The position numbers were made by a program, and so were the translations under genes. Under the pieces are notes generated by a model. It made no database searches, was not told the DNA's origin, and saw only the letters and a list, made by a program, of their open reading frames with translations. This document shows positions 9,776-22,350 of a stretch of DNA of 64,000 bases, piece by piece (within the stretch, counting starts at the first letter, position 1; the number at the start of each line of letters is the position of its first letter). Where the stretch lies: contig CAVZJB010000009.1 in assembly GCA_963775425.1 (NCBI GenBank), positions 160,001 to 224,000 on the forward strand, given 5' to 3'. This DNA is from an uncultured delta proteobacterium (GTDB lineage Bacteria > Myxococcota > UBA727 > VGSZ01).

Positions 9776-9822
9776 CGGCTGGCCCGATGGACCGTTGATC
9801 CGAGCCACCCGGAAGGGGACGG
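9776..9822 (+). repeat. Partial copy (module A) of the modular intergenic element
   Basis: CGGCTGGCCCGATGGACCGTTGATCCGAGCCACCCGGAAGGGGACGG matches the reverse complement of 19469-19515. Confidence 0.85.
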
Positions 9823-9876
9823 CCGGCGCTCGCAGTCCTCGTGGGGCGGCGCCGCCTTGCCCCGCTCGTGGTCGTC

Positions 9877-9899
9877 GTAGGGCGGGGGCTTGTCCCCCG
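9877..9899 (+). repeat. GTAG-type REP-like palindrome
   Basis: Identical to 118-140. Confidence 0.7.
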
Positions 9900-9913
9900 C
9901 GTCGATGGGGCGC

Positions 9914-11923
<2,010 letters not shown>

Positions 11924-12010
11924 GCGTGGATTCTAAACGATCCCGCCCGCGGGCGAACAAGGCTGTTCGCTCCCGTGTAGGCGGCGTTCGCACCGGTGGC
12001 GGGCACGCTC

Positions 12011-12499
12011 TCAGCGCTCGAAGTGCACGGTGGGCGAGCCCGCGCGCGCGCGCTCGGCCTTGAGCTGGGCCAGCGGGCCGAGGGAGCCCGCGCCGAGGAT
12101 CCACGTGAGCAGCAGCGTGAGGAGCGTGACGGCGGCGCAGCCGGCGACGAGCACGCGGAGCACGAGCTTCAGCGAGGGGGCGTCGCGCACGGCACGCCAG
12201 GTGGAGGTGCAGCCGGTCACCATCATGAGGATCGACACGCCCGCGAGGATGGGCGTGACGGCCTGGATGGGCAGGTACAAGAGCGCCGCGAACAAGCCCG
12301 CGCAGCCGGCGCCGGCGCGGAGCACGCCGGCGAACAGCTGGGCCTTCTCGGCGGCGCCGCCGCCTGGGCGCGGGGTGCGGTAGCCGGGCCGCGGGCGCGG
12401 CGCGATGCCGGCGTCGTCCTCGTCGTCGGGGGCGCCCCCGTCCCCGCCGAACGCCGGGCGCGCGCTGTCGGGGCCGTCTGCGAGGCTGTCGGAGGTCAT
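12011..12499 (-). CDS. Hypothetical membrane protein
   Basis: Three hydrophobic segments; fills gap between genes. Confidence 0.6.
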   Translation of the reverse strand: MTSDSLADGPDSARPAFGGDGGAPDDEDDAGIAPRPRPGYRTPRPGGGAAEKAQLFAGVLRAGAGCAGLFAALLYLPIQAVTPILAGVSILMMVTGCTSTWRAVRDAPSLKLVLRVLVAGCAAVTLLTLLLTWILGAGSLGPLAQLKAERARAGSPTVHFER

Positions 12500-12546
12500 C
12501 GGGTTCTCTATGGCATCCGAGACGCCGCGGCGCTACCTAGGGTTCC

Positions 12547-13065
12547 ATGCGCACGCCCTTGATCTTCGCCGCCGCCCTCTCCCTCCTCGCCCTCGCCGGC
12601 TGCCCCAAGTCCGAAGAGACCGGCGACTTCGGCCCCGCCAAGCCCGTGAAGAACAACGGCACCCTCGGCAACAAGCCCATCACCGATGCCGCGCCGGCGG
12701 CGCCGGACTTCGAGCACTCCGTCGACGTCGCGCCCGCCTTCGACAAGGCGAGCAACACGCTCACGGTCACCCTCAAGCTCAAGCCGGGCTTTCACGCCTA
12801 CGCCCCGGGCGAAGAGGTCGGCAAGCCCGTGGAGCTCGCCGTGGACGCGCCCTGGACCGTCGACGGCGCCGTCAACATCCCCAAGGGCACGCCCAAGGAC
12901 ATGGGCGAGCTCGGCAAGAGCGTCATCCTCGAGGGCGACGTCCCCTTGAGCGCCAAGCTCAAGGGCGGCAGCGGTGAGATCAAGGGCGTCGTGACGGCCC
13001 AGGTGTGCACCGACAAGGCCTGCGACCGCCCGAAGAAGCACCCGTTCTCCGTGCCCGCGGCGTGA
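12547..13065 (+). CDS. Lipoprotein with DsbD N-terminal-like domain
   Basis: Lipobox LAGC; [10 protein letters not shown] and [11 protein letters not shown]. Confidence 0.75.
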   Translation: MRTPLIFAAALSLLALAGCPKSEETGDFGPAKPVKNNGTLGNKPITDAAPAAPDFEHSVDVAPAFDKASNTLTVTLKLKPGFHAYAPGEEVGKPVELAVDAPWTVDGAVNIPKGTPKDMGELGKSVILEGDVPLSAKLKGGSGEIKGVVTAQVCTDKACDRPKKHPFSVPAA

Positions 13066-13072
13066 GGTCCCC

Positions 13073-15217
13073 ATGGCGGCTCGTGACGACGGCGGCGCTC
13101 AGGGCGCGGTGCCGCCGAAGAAGCTCTGGCCGCTCGAGAGGGCGGCGGCGGTGACGGAGCAGGCGGCGCGGGAGGACCCGGGCCCTGGTTTGCGCACGCC
13201 CGCGCAGTTCAAGCTCGTCTCCGAGTACCAGCCCCAGGGCGATCAGCCCGCGGCCATCGATCAGCTCGTGGACGGCGTGAACCGCGGCCACAAGCACCAG
13301 GTGCTCCTCGGCGTCACCGGGTCGGGCAAGACGTTCACGATGGCCAACGTCGTCGCCCGCACCAACCGGCCGACGCTCGTGCTCGCGCACAACAAGACGC
13401 TCGCGGCGCAGCTCTATCAGGAGATCAAGGCGTTCTTCCCAGAAAACGCCGTCGAGTACTTCGTCAGCTACTACGACTACTACCAGCCCGAGGCCTACGT
13501 CCCGTCGACGGACACGTACATCGAGAAGGACTCGCTCATCAACGAGACCATCGATCGGATGCGGCACTCGGCCACCAAGAGCCTGCTCGAGAGAAACGAC
13601 GTCATCATCGTCGCGTCGGTGAGCTGCATCTACGGCATCGGCTCGCGCGAGAGCTACAAGGAGATGACGGCGTATGTCGAGGTCGGCCGCCCGCTGAACC
13701 GCGACCAGTTCCTGCGCCAGCTCGTCGAGAGCCAATTCGAGAGGAACGACGTCTCGTTCGCCCGCGGCACCTTCCGCGTCCGGGGCGACACCGTCGAGGT
13801 GTTCCCCGCCGACGAAGAGGAGCACGCGCTGCGCATCTCCTTCTTCGGCGACGAGGTGGAGTCCATCGTCGAGACCGATCCGCTGCGCGGACGCACCTTG
13901 CGCGAGCTGCCGTTCGTCACCATCTGGCCCGCCTCGCACTACGCGATGAACAAGGACCGGATGAAGCGCACGCTCGACGCCATCCGCGACGAGCTGCGCG
14001 AGCGCCTCCAGGAGCTGCGCGCCCAGAACCTGCTGCTCGAGGCCCAGCGCCTGGAGCAGCGCACGCTGTACGACCTCGAGATGCTCGAGGCCACGGGCCA
14101 GTGCAAGGGCATCGAGAACTACTCGCGTCACCTCACCGGCCGGAGCCCCGGCGAGCCGCCGCCCACGCTGCTCGACTACTTCCCGCGCGACTTCCTGCTC
14201 GTCGTCGACGAGAGCCACCAGAGCGTCCCGCAGGTGCGCGGCATGTACTTCGGCGATCGCTCGCGCAAGGAGACGCTGGTGCGCTACGGCTTCCGGCTGC
14301 CGAGCGCGCTCGACAACCGCCCGCTCAAGTTCGAGGAGTTCGACGGCCACATCCACCAGGCGGTCTACGTCTCGGCCACCCCCGCCGAGTACGAGGTCGA
14401 GAAGGCCGAGGGCGTCCTCGTCGAGCAGCTCATCCGCCCCACCGGCCTGCTCGATCCGCTCGTGGAGATCCGCCCGGTGGCGTCGCAGGTGGACGACCTC
14501 ATCGCGGAGGCCAAGAAGGTGGTGGCGTCCGGCGACCGCGTCCTCGTCACCACGCTCACCAAGCGCATGGCAGAGGACCTCACCGAGTACCTCGTCGAGG
14601 TCGGCGTCAAGGCGCGCTACCTCCACTCGGACATCGACACCCTCGAGCGCATCGAGATCCTCTCCGCGCTCCGCCGCGGGGAGTACGACGTCCTCGTCGG
14701 CATCAACCTCCTGCGCGAGGGTCTCGACCTGCCCGAGGTCTCGCTCGTCGCCATTCTCGACGCCGACAAGGAGGGCTTCCTCCGCGCGGCCACGGGCCTC
14801 ATCCAGACCATCGGGCGCGCGGCGCGCAACGATCACGGCCGCGTCATCCTCTACGCCGACACCATGACCGACTCCATCAACGCCGCCGTCTCGGAGACCG
14901 GGCGCCGTCGCGCGATCCAGGAGGAGTACAACAAGCGGCACGGCATCACGCCCACCACCATCCAGAAGGCCGTTCGCGCAAACCCCCAGATCGCCTACGC
15001 CGAGATGGACTACCTCGACGTCGACGCCGCGCGCGCCACCCCCGGCCGCAAGAAGGGCAGGAAGGCGCGCGCCGAGGAGGTGGACCCGGCCGAGCTGCCG
15101 GCGCTCCTCGACAAGCTCAGGAAAGAGATGCGCGCCGCCGCCGCCGACATGGAATTCGAGCGCGCCGCGGAGTTGCGCGACCGCATCCGCGGCCTCGAGT
15201 CACGCGCGCTCCTTTGA
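13073..15217 (+). CDS. uvrB: Excinuclease ABC subunit B
   Basis: [41 protein letters not shown]-terminal UVR domain. Confidence 0.98.
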   Translation: MAARDDGGAQGAVPPKKLWPLERAAAVTEQAAREDPGPGLRTPAQFKLVSEYQPQGDQPAAIDQLVDGVNRGHKHQVLLGVTGSGKTFTMANVVARTNRPTLVLAHNKTLAAQLYQEIKAFFPENAVEYFVSYYDYYQPEAYVPSTDTYIEKDSLINETIDRMRHSATKSLLERNDVIIVASVSCIYGIGSRESYKEMTAYVEVGRPLNRDQFLRQLVESQFERNDVSFARGTFRVRGDTVEVFPADEEEHALRISFFGDEVESIVETDPLRGRTLRELPFVTIWPASHYAMNKDRMKRTLDAIRDELRERLQELRAQNLLLEAQRLEQRTLYDLEMLEATGQCKGIENYSRHLTGRSPGEPPPTLLDYFPRDFLLVVDESHQSVPQVRGMYFGDRSRKETLVRYGFRLPSALDNRPLKFEEFDGHIHQAVYVSATPAEYEVEKAEGVLVEQLIRPTGLLDPLVEIRPVASQVDDLIAEAKKVVASGDRVLVTTLTKRMAEDLTEYLVEVGVKARYLHSDIDTLERIEILSALRRGEYDVLVGINLLREGLDLPEVSLVAILDADKEGFLRAATGLIQTIGRAARNDHGRVILYADTMTDSINAAVSETGRRRAIQEEYNKRHGITPTTIQKAVRANPQIAYAEMDYLDVDAARATPGRKKGRKARAEEVDPAELPALLDKLRKEMRAAAADMEFERAAELRDRIRGLESRALL

Positions 15218-15263
15218 CGTCGAGGGCCGCTTTTCAGCACGGCGCGCCACGCGCGCGATGCCC

Positions 15264-15740
15264 TCATCGATCGAGCGCGTCGACGGCCTGCGCCTGCGCC
15301 TGCGTGGCGCGGTCGGCGGCGGCGGCGGCGGCGCGCGCCTGGTGGACGGCGTCCGCCGGGAACGCGACGAGGCCGCCGTCGCCGAGGCCGGCGCTGCGCA
15401 TCACCCAGCCGAAGTAGAGCGCGCCGAGGAGGGCGACGCCGGCGGCGAGCCCGGCGGCGCGCAGCAAGAGCCGGCGGCCGCGGCGGCGGCCGCGCGCGAG
15501 GCCGACGGCGGCGACGACGACGAGGGCGGCGCCGGCGCCGACGGCGGCCGAGGGCAGGTGCACGCCGCCCACGACGGCGGGCACGTGCACGACCGGAGCG
15601 GGCCGCGCGCCGGGATCGAAGAGCGCGGCGTGCTCGCGGTACGCCGGCGGGATGGAGGCGTAGTCGTTGGTGACGACGTCGCGGCCCCGGTCGTCCTGGT
15701 AACGGAAGAAGAACGTCGCGTCGCCGGCGTCGTCGGCCAT
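15264..15740 (-). CDS. Hypothetical membrane protein (DUF4124-like N-terminus)
   Basis: FRYQDDRGRDVVTNDYASIPPAYR followed by two TM segments. Confidence 0.6.
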   Translation of the reverse strand: MADDAGDATFFFRYQDDRGRDVVTNDYASIPPAYREHAALFDPGARPAPVVHVPAVVGGVHLPSAAVGAGAALVVVAAVGLARGRRRGRRLLLRAAGLAAGVALLGALYFGWVMRSAGLGDGGLVAFPADAVHQARAAAAAADRATQAQAQAVDALDR

Positions 15741-15752
15741 CGAGGGCGTTCG

Positions 15753-16550
15753 TCAGCCCAACAGCTCGAACCCGCCGGCCGCCCGGAGCGTGAGGTTCTG
15801 CCACGGTGCGAAGTTGTTCTCGCGGAAGCGCAGCCCGAACTCGTCGGCGCCGGGATCGAGCAGCTTGAGCTCGACGAACATGTTGCCCTTCTTGGTGCCG
15901 CGCAGATCGATCTCGGCACCGTCGGGCGCGTGGAGCACCGCGTCCTCCGAAAGGGCGTAGCCCCGCTCCTTCAGCGCCTTCAGCGTGGTCCCCGTGGTGG
16001 TGAGCTGTGTCACCTGACCGTTCAGGAGCGGGTTCTTCACCCGCCACAGCTCCATGTCCCCGACGAGGGTCTTGTCCGCCGGCGGCACGACGGAGGCGCC
16101 GCCGTGCGCCTTGTCCGCCTCGAAGCGCGACGCTTCCGGGACGTGGCCGCCGACGTCGGCGAGGCTCACCGAGGTGATCTCGCCGATGCCGCGCTCGCCC
16201 GACTCGCGCGCGCGGATGTCGACGGTGAACGGCTTGTTCGGCGACACGTCGAGGCTGACCTCCTCGTTCGCCTTGGCGGTCCCGCGCAGGTCGATGTCGC
16301 CCGAAGGGGTGTGCACGACGCCGTCGTCACCGAGGGTCAAGCCGGCCTGGGCGAGCATGCGCTGCGCCGCCGGGCTGACGCTGATGGCGGTGTCGCGCGC
16401 GCCGCGGAACCCGGGGTGGTCGTTCTTGGCCGCGAGGTGTTGCGCGACGAAGTTGCGCCCGGCGGGAAAGGCGAACGCGCGCTCGGCCCGGTTGTCGCGC
16501 AGCGGCAGACTGGTCTTTTGTTGTGCCTTGTCGAGCGCGCGGAGCTTCAT
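15753..16550 (-). CDS. Hypothetical protein with internal duplication
   Basis: RBS AGGGG; normal codon usage; two copies of a G.xL.DD.VxHxPxG-IDLRGT motif. Confidence 0.7.
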   Translation of the reverse strand: MKLRALDKAQQKTSLPLRDNRAERAFAFPAGRNFVAQHLAAKNDHPGFRGARDTAISVSPAAQRMLAQAGLTLGDDGVVHTPSGDIDLRGTAKANEEVSLDVSPNKPFTVDIRARESGERGIGEITSVSLADVGGHVPEASRFEADKAHGGASVVPPADKTLVGDMELWRVKNPLLNGQVTQLTTTGTTLKALKERGYALSEDAVLHAPDGAEIDLRGTKKGNMFVELKLLDPGADEFGLRFRENNFAPWQNLTLRAAGGFELLG

Positions 16551-16639
16551 CGTCGTTCCCCTGCCGAGAGGCCGAGCCTAGCAGAGGCGCCCCGGCATGG
16601 GGGGAGCGTGTCGCGGGCTTGCCTGGTAGGATGCGCCCC

Positions 16640-17773
16640 ATGAAGTCCCGCATCGACTCGACTGCAGCGCGCCCGCTCCCTGCGGTCGCAATCGCGCTGC
16701 TCGCCGCCCTCGTGAGCGTCCCCGCGCTGGCCGGCCACGTGGACCGCGAGCGCAACAAGAAGGCCCCCGTCGTCGCCGTCTTCCCGTTCAAGGTGCTGAA
16801 CAAGGAAGACAAATTCCAGTCCTACGGCGAGGGTGCGGCCGAGGCCATCATCAACAAGATCGTCAACGACAAGTCGTTGCGCATCGTCGAGGAGAGCCAG
16901 CTCGACAAGGCCATCAACGCCCTCGCGCGCAACCAGACCGGCTTGTTCGAAGAGGAGAGCGCGCTCGCCGTGGGCCAGATGGTGGACGCCCGCTTCATCA
17001 TCATCGGCAGCGTGCAGGTGGTGGCCGATCAGGTCGCCGTCACGTCGCGGCTGCTCGAGGTGGAGACGCGGCAACTGCTGGCCAGCTCGCGCAGCACGCA
17101 GCCCATGGCCAACATCTTCGGCGCCTATGACGAGGTGGCGGCGCAGATGCTCTCGCGCATGACCTTCCACCTCTCGCAGCGCATCACCGCCGGCGAGAGC
17201 GCCGACGAGATCGCGGTGCGCCAGCTCATCGAGGACGCCAAGGCGTTCGACCCGCAGTTCCCGCCGGCCAAGAGCGCCAAGGGCGGCGACCTGCCCAAGG
17301 ACCTGGCGCGCGCCCTCGCGCTCTACAACAAGGCGGTGCTGCGCGATCCCAGGAGCGCCGTCGCGCAGCTCGCCCTCGGCGACGCCGAGGGCCGCATGAG
17401 CGCCGCCATCGCCCGCGCCGACGCCACCCGCTCGCGGCAGCTCCTCGAGAGCGCGCGCGATCACCTCTCGACGTCCACCAACCTCGACAAGAACAACGTG
17501 TTCGCCTGGACCCAGCTCGGGCGTGCCGAGGGCCGGCTGCAGAACCACAGCGCCGCCGAGCTCGCCTTCCGCAACGCGCTCGCCGTCGACGCCAACTTCG
17601 TCGCCGCCCGCTACGGCCTCGCCGTGGCCCTGTTGAACGTGGGCAACCTCCAGGAGGCCCGCGAGAACGCCGCCCAGGCCAAGCAGGGCGGCGATCCCCG
17701 CGCCGCCGGCCTCCTCGGGCAGATCAACCAGCGCATCGCCGCCGAGCGCCAGAAGCCCAACCCACCGAAATAG
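16640..17773 (+). CDS. Exported CsgG/FlgO-like domain plus TPR protein
   Basis: Signal peptide; VAVFPF..IVEESQLDKA..VGQMVDARFIIIGS..RLLEVETRQ; C-terminal TPRs. Confidence 0.8.
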   Translation: MKSRIDSTAARPLPAVAIALLAALVSVPALAGHVDRERNKKAPVVAVFPFKVLNKEDKFQSYGEGAAEAIINKIVNDKSLRIVEESQLDKAINALARNQTGLFEEESALAVGQMVDARFIIIGSVQVVADQVAVTSRLLEVETRQLLASSRSTQPMANIFGAYDEVAAQMLSRMTFHLSQRITAGESADEIAVRQLIEDAKAFDPQFPPAKSAKGGDLPKDLARALALYNKAVLRDPRSAVAQLALGDAEGRMSAAIARADATRSRQLLESARDHLSTSTNLDKNNVFAWTQLGRAEGRLQNHSAAELAFRNALAVDANFVAARYGLAVALLNVGNLQEARENAAQAKQGGDPRAAGLLGQINQRIAAERQKPNPPK

Positions 17774-17820
17774 TCCCGGCCGGGCTTGCGACCCCGCGGG
17801 CGCTCAGGCATCGAACGCGT

Positions 17821-18294
17821 ATGGCCAAGAGCATCGCCGTCGGCGACCGCGTCGCTTCCTTCGAGCTGCCCGATCAACACGGAAAGGTCGTCAAGCTCGA
17901 CGACCTCCTCGGCAAGGGTCCGCTCGTGTTCTTCTTCTATCCGAAGGACGAGACCCCCGTGTGCACGCGCGAGGCGTGCAGCTTCCGCGACGCCCACGAC
18001 GAGCTGCAGCAGGCCGGCGCCGCCGTCTTCGGCGTGAGCGGAGACTCCGTCGAGTCGCACGCGAGCTTCGCCGAGCACCACAAGCTCACCTACCCGCTCC
18101 TCGCCGACCCCGGGGACAAGGTGCGGGACGGCGTGTTCGGCGTGCCGCGCGGGCTGCTCGGCCTCACCGCAGGCCGCTCCACCTACGTGCTCGACAAGGA
18201 CGGCGTCGTGCGGCACGTGCACAAGGCCCAGCTCGAAGCCCAGTCCCACGTCGACGAGGCGTTGGCCGTGGTGAAGAAGCTCGCGAACGGATAA
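17821..18294 (+). CDS. bcp: Peroxiredoxin, BCP/PrxQ type
   Basis: FFYPKDETPVCTREACSFRD. Confidence 0.92.
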   Translation: MAKSIAVGDRVASFELPDQHGKVVKLDDLLGKGPLVFFFYPKDETPVCTREACSFRDAHDELQQAGAAVFGVSGDSVESHASFAEHHKLTYPLLADPGDKVRDGVFGVPRGLLGLTAGRSTYVLDKDGVVRHVHKAQLEAQSHVDEALAVVKKLANG

Positions 18295-18302
18295 GGAACC
18301 TC

Positions 18303-19289
18303 ATGACCGCCCACAACGTCGTCATCATCGGCTCGGGGCCCGCGGGGTGGACCGCGGCGCTCTACACCGCCCGCGCCAACCTCTCGCCCATCGTGTTCGA
18401 GGGCTCCGTGCCCAACCTGCCCGGCGGCCAGCTCATGATCACGAGCGACGTCGAGAATTACCCGGGCTTCCCGGAGGGCATCAAAGGCCCCGAGATGATG
18501 GACCGCTTCAAGAAGCAGGCGGAGCGCTTCGGGACCACCGTGAAGAGCGAGAACATCGCCGCCGTGGACTTCTCCAAGCGGCCGTTCACGCTCACCACCG
18601 AGGAAGGCGAGACCCTCACGGCGCACGCCGTCATCATCGCCACCGGCGCCAACGCCAAGCTCCTCGGCATCGACAAGGAGAAGGACCTGATGTCCTCCGG
18701 CGCCGGCGTCTCCGCCTGCGCCACCTGCGACGGCGCGCTCTACAAGGGCGAGGAGCTGGCGGTGGTGGGCGGCGGCGACACGGCCATGGAGGAGGCGCTG
18801 TTCCTCACGCGCTACGCGTCCAAGGTCACCCTCGTGCACCGCCGTGAGGAGTTCCGCGCCTCCAAGGTCATGCTCGAGCGCGCGCGCAGCAACCCGAAGA
18901 TCGCGTGGGAGCTCAACGCCGTCGTCGACGAGATCCTCACCGAGAAGAAGAAGATGGGCATCTTCGAGCGCGACGCGCTCGTGGCCTTGCGCCTCAAGAA
19001 CACCAAGGACGGCGGCACCAAGGACATCGCCGTGGGCGGCCTCTTCGTCGCCATCGGCCACGAGCCCAACGTCTCGCTGTTCAAGGAGCACCTGAAGCTC
19101 GACGACAAGGGGTACCTCGCCGTCACGCCGGGCACCACGCGCGCCACGGCCAGGTCCGGCCAGTGGCTCGACGGGGTGTTCGCCTGCGGCGACGTGCAGG
19201 ACAGCTATTACCGCCAGGCCATCACCGCCGCCGGCACAGGCTGCATGGCCGCCATCGACTGCGAGCGCTGGCTCGCCGAGCACCACTGA
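18303..19289 (+). CDS. trxB: Thioredoxin-disulfide reductase
   Basis: IIGSGPAG, VENYPGF, CATCDG, GGGDTA, RQAITAAGTG. Confidence 0.97.
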   Translation: MTAHNVVIIGSGPAGWTAALYTARANLSPIVFEGSVPNLPGGQLMITSDVENYPGFPEGIKGPEMMDRFKKQAERFGTTVKSENIAAVDFSKRPFTLTTEEGETLTAHAVIIATGANAKLLGIDKEKDLMSSGAGVSACATCDGALYKGEELAVVGGGDTAMEEALFLTRYASKVTLVHRREEFRASKVMLERARSNPKIAWELNAVVDEILTEKKKMGIFERDALVALRLKNTKDGGTKDIAVGGLFVAIGHEPNVSLFKEHLKLDDKGYLAVTPGTTRATARSGQWLDGVFACGDVQDSYYRQAITAAGTGCMAAIDCERWLAEHH

Positions 19290-19515
19290 AAGGCTGACGA
19301 AATAAGGCTCGTGGCAGCACTCGGCGAAGCCGCCCACAAGGTGGCTCGCCGCGCGGAGTACGTGGCGAGGCACGTCGGCGCGGACTTGAGGCGGTGAGCT
19401 TCGCGAAGGCTAGTAGACAACGTCGCCACCGCCGGAGCTCCTTTCCGCTCCGCCGTGTGGCCGTAGCACCGTCCCCTTCCGGGGGGCTCGGATCAACGGT
19501 CCATCGGGCCAGCCG
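19290..19515 (+). mobile_element. Modular MITE-like intergenic element, copy 1
   Basis: Begins AAGGCTGACGAAA right after the trxB TGA; shares two long blocks with 28250-28584 and 41047-41532. Confidence 0.75.
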
Positions 19516-19606
19516 TCGTCGCCACTCCGGCGCTTGAGCGCGCCACCGCGAGGCGCGGGACGCGCCCGCGCCACCGCCTACGAGGCAGACGGGTCCCCGC
19601 CGGGGG

Positions 19607-20827
19607 TCACTCGAGGGGCTTGCCGTCGACGACGGCGTAGCTGCCCGGGGCGAGGTCGGCGGGGACCTTTCGCAGCACGCGGTCGGCGTTCACGTACAGC
19701 CGCACGCCGGCGGGGACGGCGCGGCCGGCCGCGATGACGACGTCGGCACCCACGAAGACCTTGGGTCCGAAGGCGACGCCGCAGGGGAGCTCGCCCACCT
19801 CGCGGAGCCCGCCGTCGTCCTCGACGCGCACCGCGCCGCCTACAGCCAGATCCAGCGGTCGCGCGAACGAGGTCAGCGCGCAGCCCTGAGCGATGACGCA
19901 GGCCTGCACGCCGTTGATGCACGCGTCCGTGTCGCCGAAGGTGACGCACGCCGACAGCGACGAATTCAACGACACGAACGTCCGCGGTCCGAGCGAGCAC
20001 CCGCTCACGTGCGCGCGCTGCTCGATGACGCAGCCGTCGCCCAGGACGCTGTTGGTCACGTAGCTGTGCGCGCCCACCGTGACGTCGTCACCGAGCACGC
20101 TCGCCTCCACCGTCGCCGTCGGGTGCACGTACGTCCCCCGGCCGCGGTACGAGAACGCCCGACGCAGCGCGCGCATCCGCCCCGCCCGCGTCGGCCGCAG
20201 CGCCGACAGCCCGCGCAGCGCCGAGCGCACCGGCTGCGACGACGCCCGCTCGAGGAGCGCGACCTGCGGCATCAGGTGACCCGCGCGCAAGACGTGCAAC
20301 CAGTGTCGCACGCGCATCACCACCGTCGACGTCACGGGGAACACCATCGTCGACGACTCCCTCCCGAGGATGTGCCGTGGCACCGGCACCTCGAGGTCGA
20401 GCTGCCGGTAGGGCGGCGCCCGCCAGCGCTCGGCACCGAGCGCAAAGACGTCCTTGATGCGCAGGCTCTGGCCCGCGGGGACGAAGCCGACGTCGTAGCC
20501 CGCCTTCCCCTCGTGCGTGTCGACGTCCTGCAGCGGCGAGAACAGCTCGAGCAGGCGGCTGGGCTCCAGGCACAAGCGCGACAGCTCTCCCGCGGCGGCG
20601 GACGCGAACCCCTCGAGCGCGCGCTTGCTCACGAAGACGTCGTCGCTCCACACGATGGCGGGCCCGGTGACGCCGTCGTCGACGCTCGCCTCCTCGACGG
20701 ACACCTTCTCGTCGCGCAAGACGCGCTCGCGATACGACGCGAACGTCCCGGCGCCGAGGCCGCACGCGTCCACGTCGCAGCCGAAGGGCGCGATGGTCCG
20801 TCCGCGGCGCACGATGACGACCTTCAT
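19607..20827 (-). CDS. Hexapeptide-repeat (left-handed beta-helix) protein, degenerate GlmU-like
   Basis: RBS GGAGG; VHPTATVEASVLGDDVTVGAHS..SVLGDGCVIE repeats; N-terminus lacks the GxGxR motif. Confidence 0.72.
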   Translation of the reverse strand: MKVVIVRRGRTIAPFGCDVDACGLGAGTFASYRERVLRDEKVSVEEASVDDGVTGPAIVWSDDVFVSKRALEGFASAAAGELSRLCLEPSRLLELFSPLQDVDTHEGKAGYDVGFVPAGQSLRIKDVFALGAERWRAPPYRQLDLEVPVPRHILGRESSTMVFPVTSTVVMRVRHWLHVLRAGHLMPQVALLERASSQPVRSALRGLSALRPTRAGRMRALRRAFSYRGRGTYVHPTATVEASVLGDDVTVGAHSYVTNSVLGDGCVIEQRAHVSGCSLGPRTFVSLNSSLSACVTFGDTDACINGVQACVIAQGCALTSFARPLDLAVGGAVRVEDDGGLREVGELPCGVAFGPKVFVGADVVIAAGRAVPAGVRLYVNADRVLRKVPADLAPGSYAVVDGKPLE

Positions 20828-20871
20828 CGACCGAGCCCCTCCGGGCGGCGAGCGCCCCCCACCGTCGCGCG

Positions 20872-22290
20872 CTACTTCTTGGCGCGCGCCGCGTTCCTGG
20901 CGCGCACCTTCGCCGCTTGGCCTTCCTTGTTCGTCTGCCGCGCGCGCCCGAAGGCCAGGGCGTCGGGCGGCACCTCGTCGGTGATGACCGAGCCCGCGGC
21001 GACGTACGCGCCGCGCTGGATCTCCACGGGGGCCACCAGGGTCGCGTTGCTGCCGATGAAGACCTCGTCGGCGATGACGGTGGGGTGCTTGCCGATGCCG
21101 TCGTAGTTGCAGGTGATGGTGCCGGCGCCGATGTTGACGCCGCGGCCGATGTCGGCGTCGCCGAGGTACGCGAGGTGGTTGGCCTTGCTCCCTTTGCCGA
21201 GCCGCGTCTTCTTCAGCTCCACGAAGTTGCCGACGTGCGCGCCGTCCTCGAGCACCGCGCCCGGCCTCAGCCGCGCGAACGGCCCCACGATGCAGCGCGG
21301 ACCGATGCGAGCGCCGTCGCAGACGCTGTAGGGGTGCACCACCAATCCCTCGTCGACCTGCGTGTCGTGCAGCACGCAGCCCGCGCCGATCTGCGCTCCC
21401 TCGCCGACGGTGGTGTTGCCGGACAACACCGCGTTGGGCCCCACGACGACGTCGTGGTGGAAACGCACGCTGGCGTCGACGTACGCGCTCTTCGGGTCCA
21501 CGAAGGTCACGCCGTCGAGCATGGCGCTGTTGATCACGCGCGCCCGCAAGACCTCGGCGGCCTCGGCGAGCTGGGCGCGGTCGTTGACGCCGAGGGTCTC
21601 GCCCACGGGCACCGCGTACGTCGGCACGCCGCGCCCCTCGGTGCGCGCGAGCGCGACGATGTCCGTGAGGTACAGCTCGCCCTGCGCGTTGTTCGGCTCG
21701 AGCTTGTCGAGCGCGGCGCGGAGGAACGCGGCGTCCACGGCGTAGACGCCCGGGTTGATCTCGTCGACGGCGCGCTCGGCCTCCGAGGCGTCCCTGTGCT
21801 CGACGATGCGTTCGAGGAGGCCGTCGGCGCCGCGCACGATGCGGCCGTAGCCGGTGGGGTCCGGCGCGCGGGCCGTCCACAGCGCCACCGGAGCGCCCGT
21901 TCGCGCGCGCAGGTCCACCAGCCCCGCCAGGTGCTGGCCGGTCAGGAGCGGGCAGTCGCCGTAGACGAGGAGCACCGTGCCGGTGAAGCCCTCGAGGAGC
22001 GGCAGCGCCATCCGCGCCGCGTGCCCGGTGCCCTTGAGCTCGGTCTGGTGCACCGTCTTCACCCGGTTGCCGAAGCGACCGGCCAGCTCCGCGTCCACGA
22101 GGTCGTGCCGGTGGCCGGTGACGACGACGACGGGCGACGCCCCCACGACGAGGACGGACTCCACGGGCCAGGAGACGAGGGGTTTTCCGCACGCCGGGTG
22201 CAGCACCTTGGGGATCGCGCTCTTCATGCGCGTGCCCTTGCCGGCGGCGAGGACGACGGCGGCGACGGGCCCGGACGGGTTGGTGGCCAT
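20872..22290 (-). CDS. glmU: Bifunctional UDP-GlcNAc pyrophosphorylase / GlcN-1-P acetyltransferase
   Basis: LAAGKGTRMKS..PKVLH, GYGRIVR, NNAQGELYLTD, GNFVELKK, ANHLAYLGD, TCNYDG. Confidence 0.97.
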   Translation of the reverse strand: MATNPSGPVAAVVLAAGKGTRMKSAIPKVLHPACGKPLVSWPVESVLVVGASPVVVVTGHRHDLVDAELAGRFGNRVKTVHQTELKGTGHAARMALPLLEGFTGTVLLVYGDCPLLTGQHLAGLVDLRARTGAPVALWTARAPDPTGYGRIVRGADGLLERIVEHRDASEAERAVDEINPGVYAVDAAFLRAALDKLEPNNAQGELYLTDIVALARTEGRGVPTYAVPVGETLGVNDRAQLAEAAEVLRARVINSAMLDGVTFVDPKSAYVDASVRFHHDVVVGPNAVLSGNTTVGEGAQIGAGCVLHDTQVDEGLVVHPYSVCDGARIGPRCIVGPFARLRPGAVLEDGAHVGNFVELKKTRLGKGSKANHLAYLGDADIGRGVNIGAGTITCNYDGIGKHPTVIADEVFIGSNATLVAPVEIQRGAYVAAGSVITDEVPPDALAFGRARQTNKEGQAAKVRARNAARAKK

Positions 22291-22350
22291 GACGCGCAAC
22301 ATAGGCGGTGATTTGACGCGGGGCCAGACACGCGGAATAACTCCGAGGCG

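Noticed and set aside
12510-12526. TGGCATCCGAGACGC sigma54-like box before the DsbD-like lipoprotein
   Set aside because: Poor -12 element and only ~10-nt leader; could arise by chance
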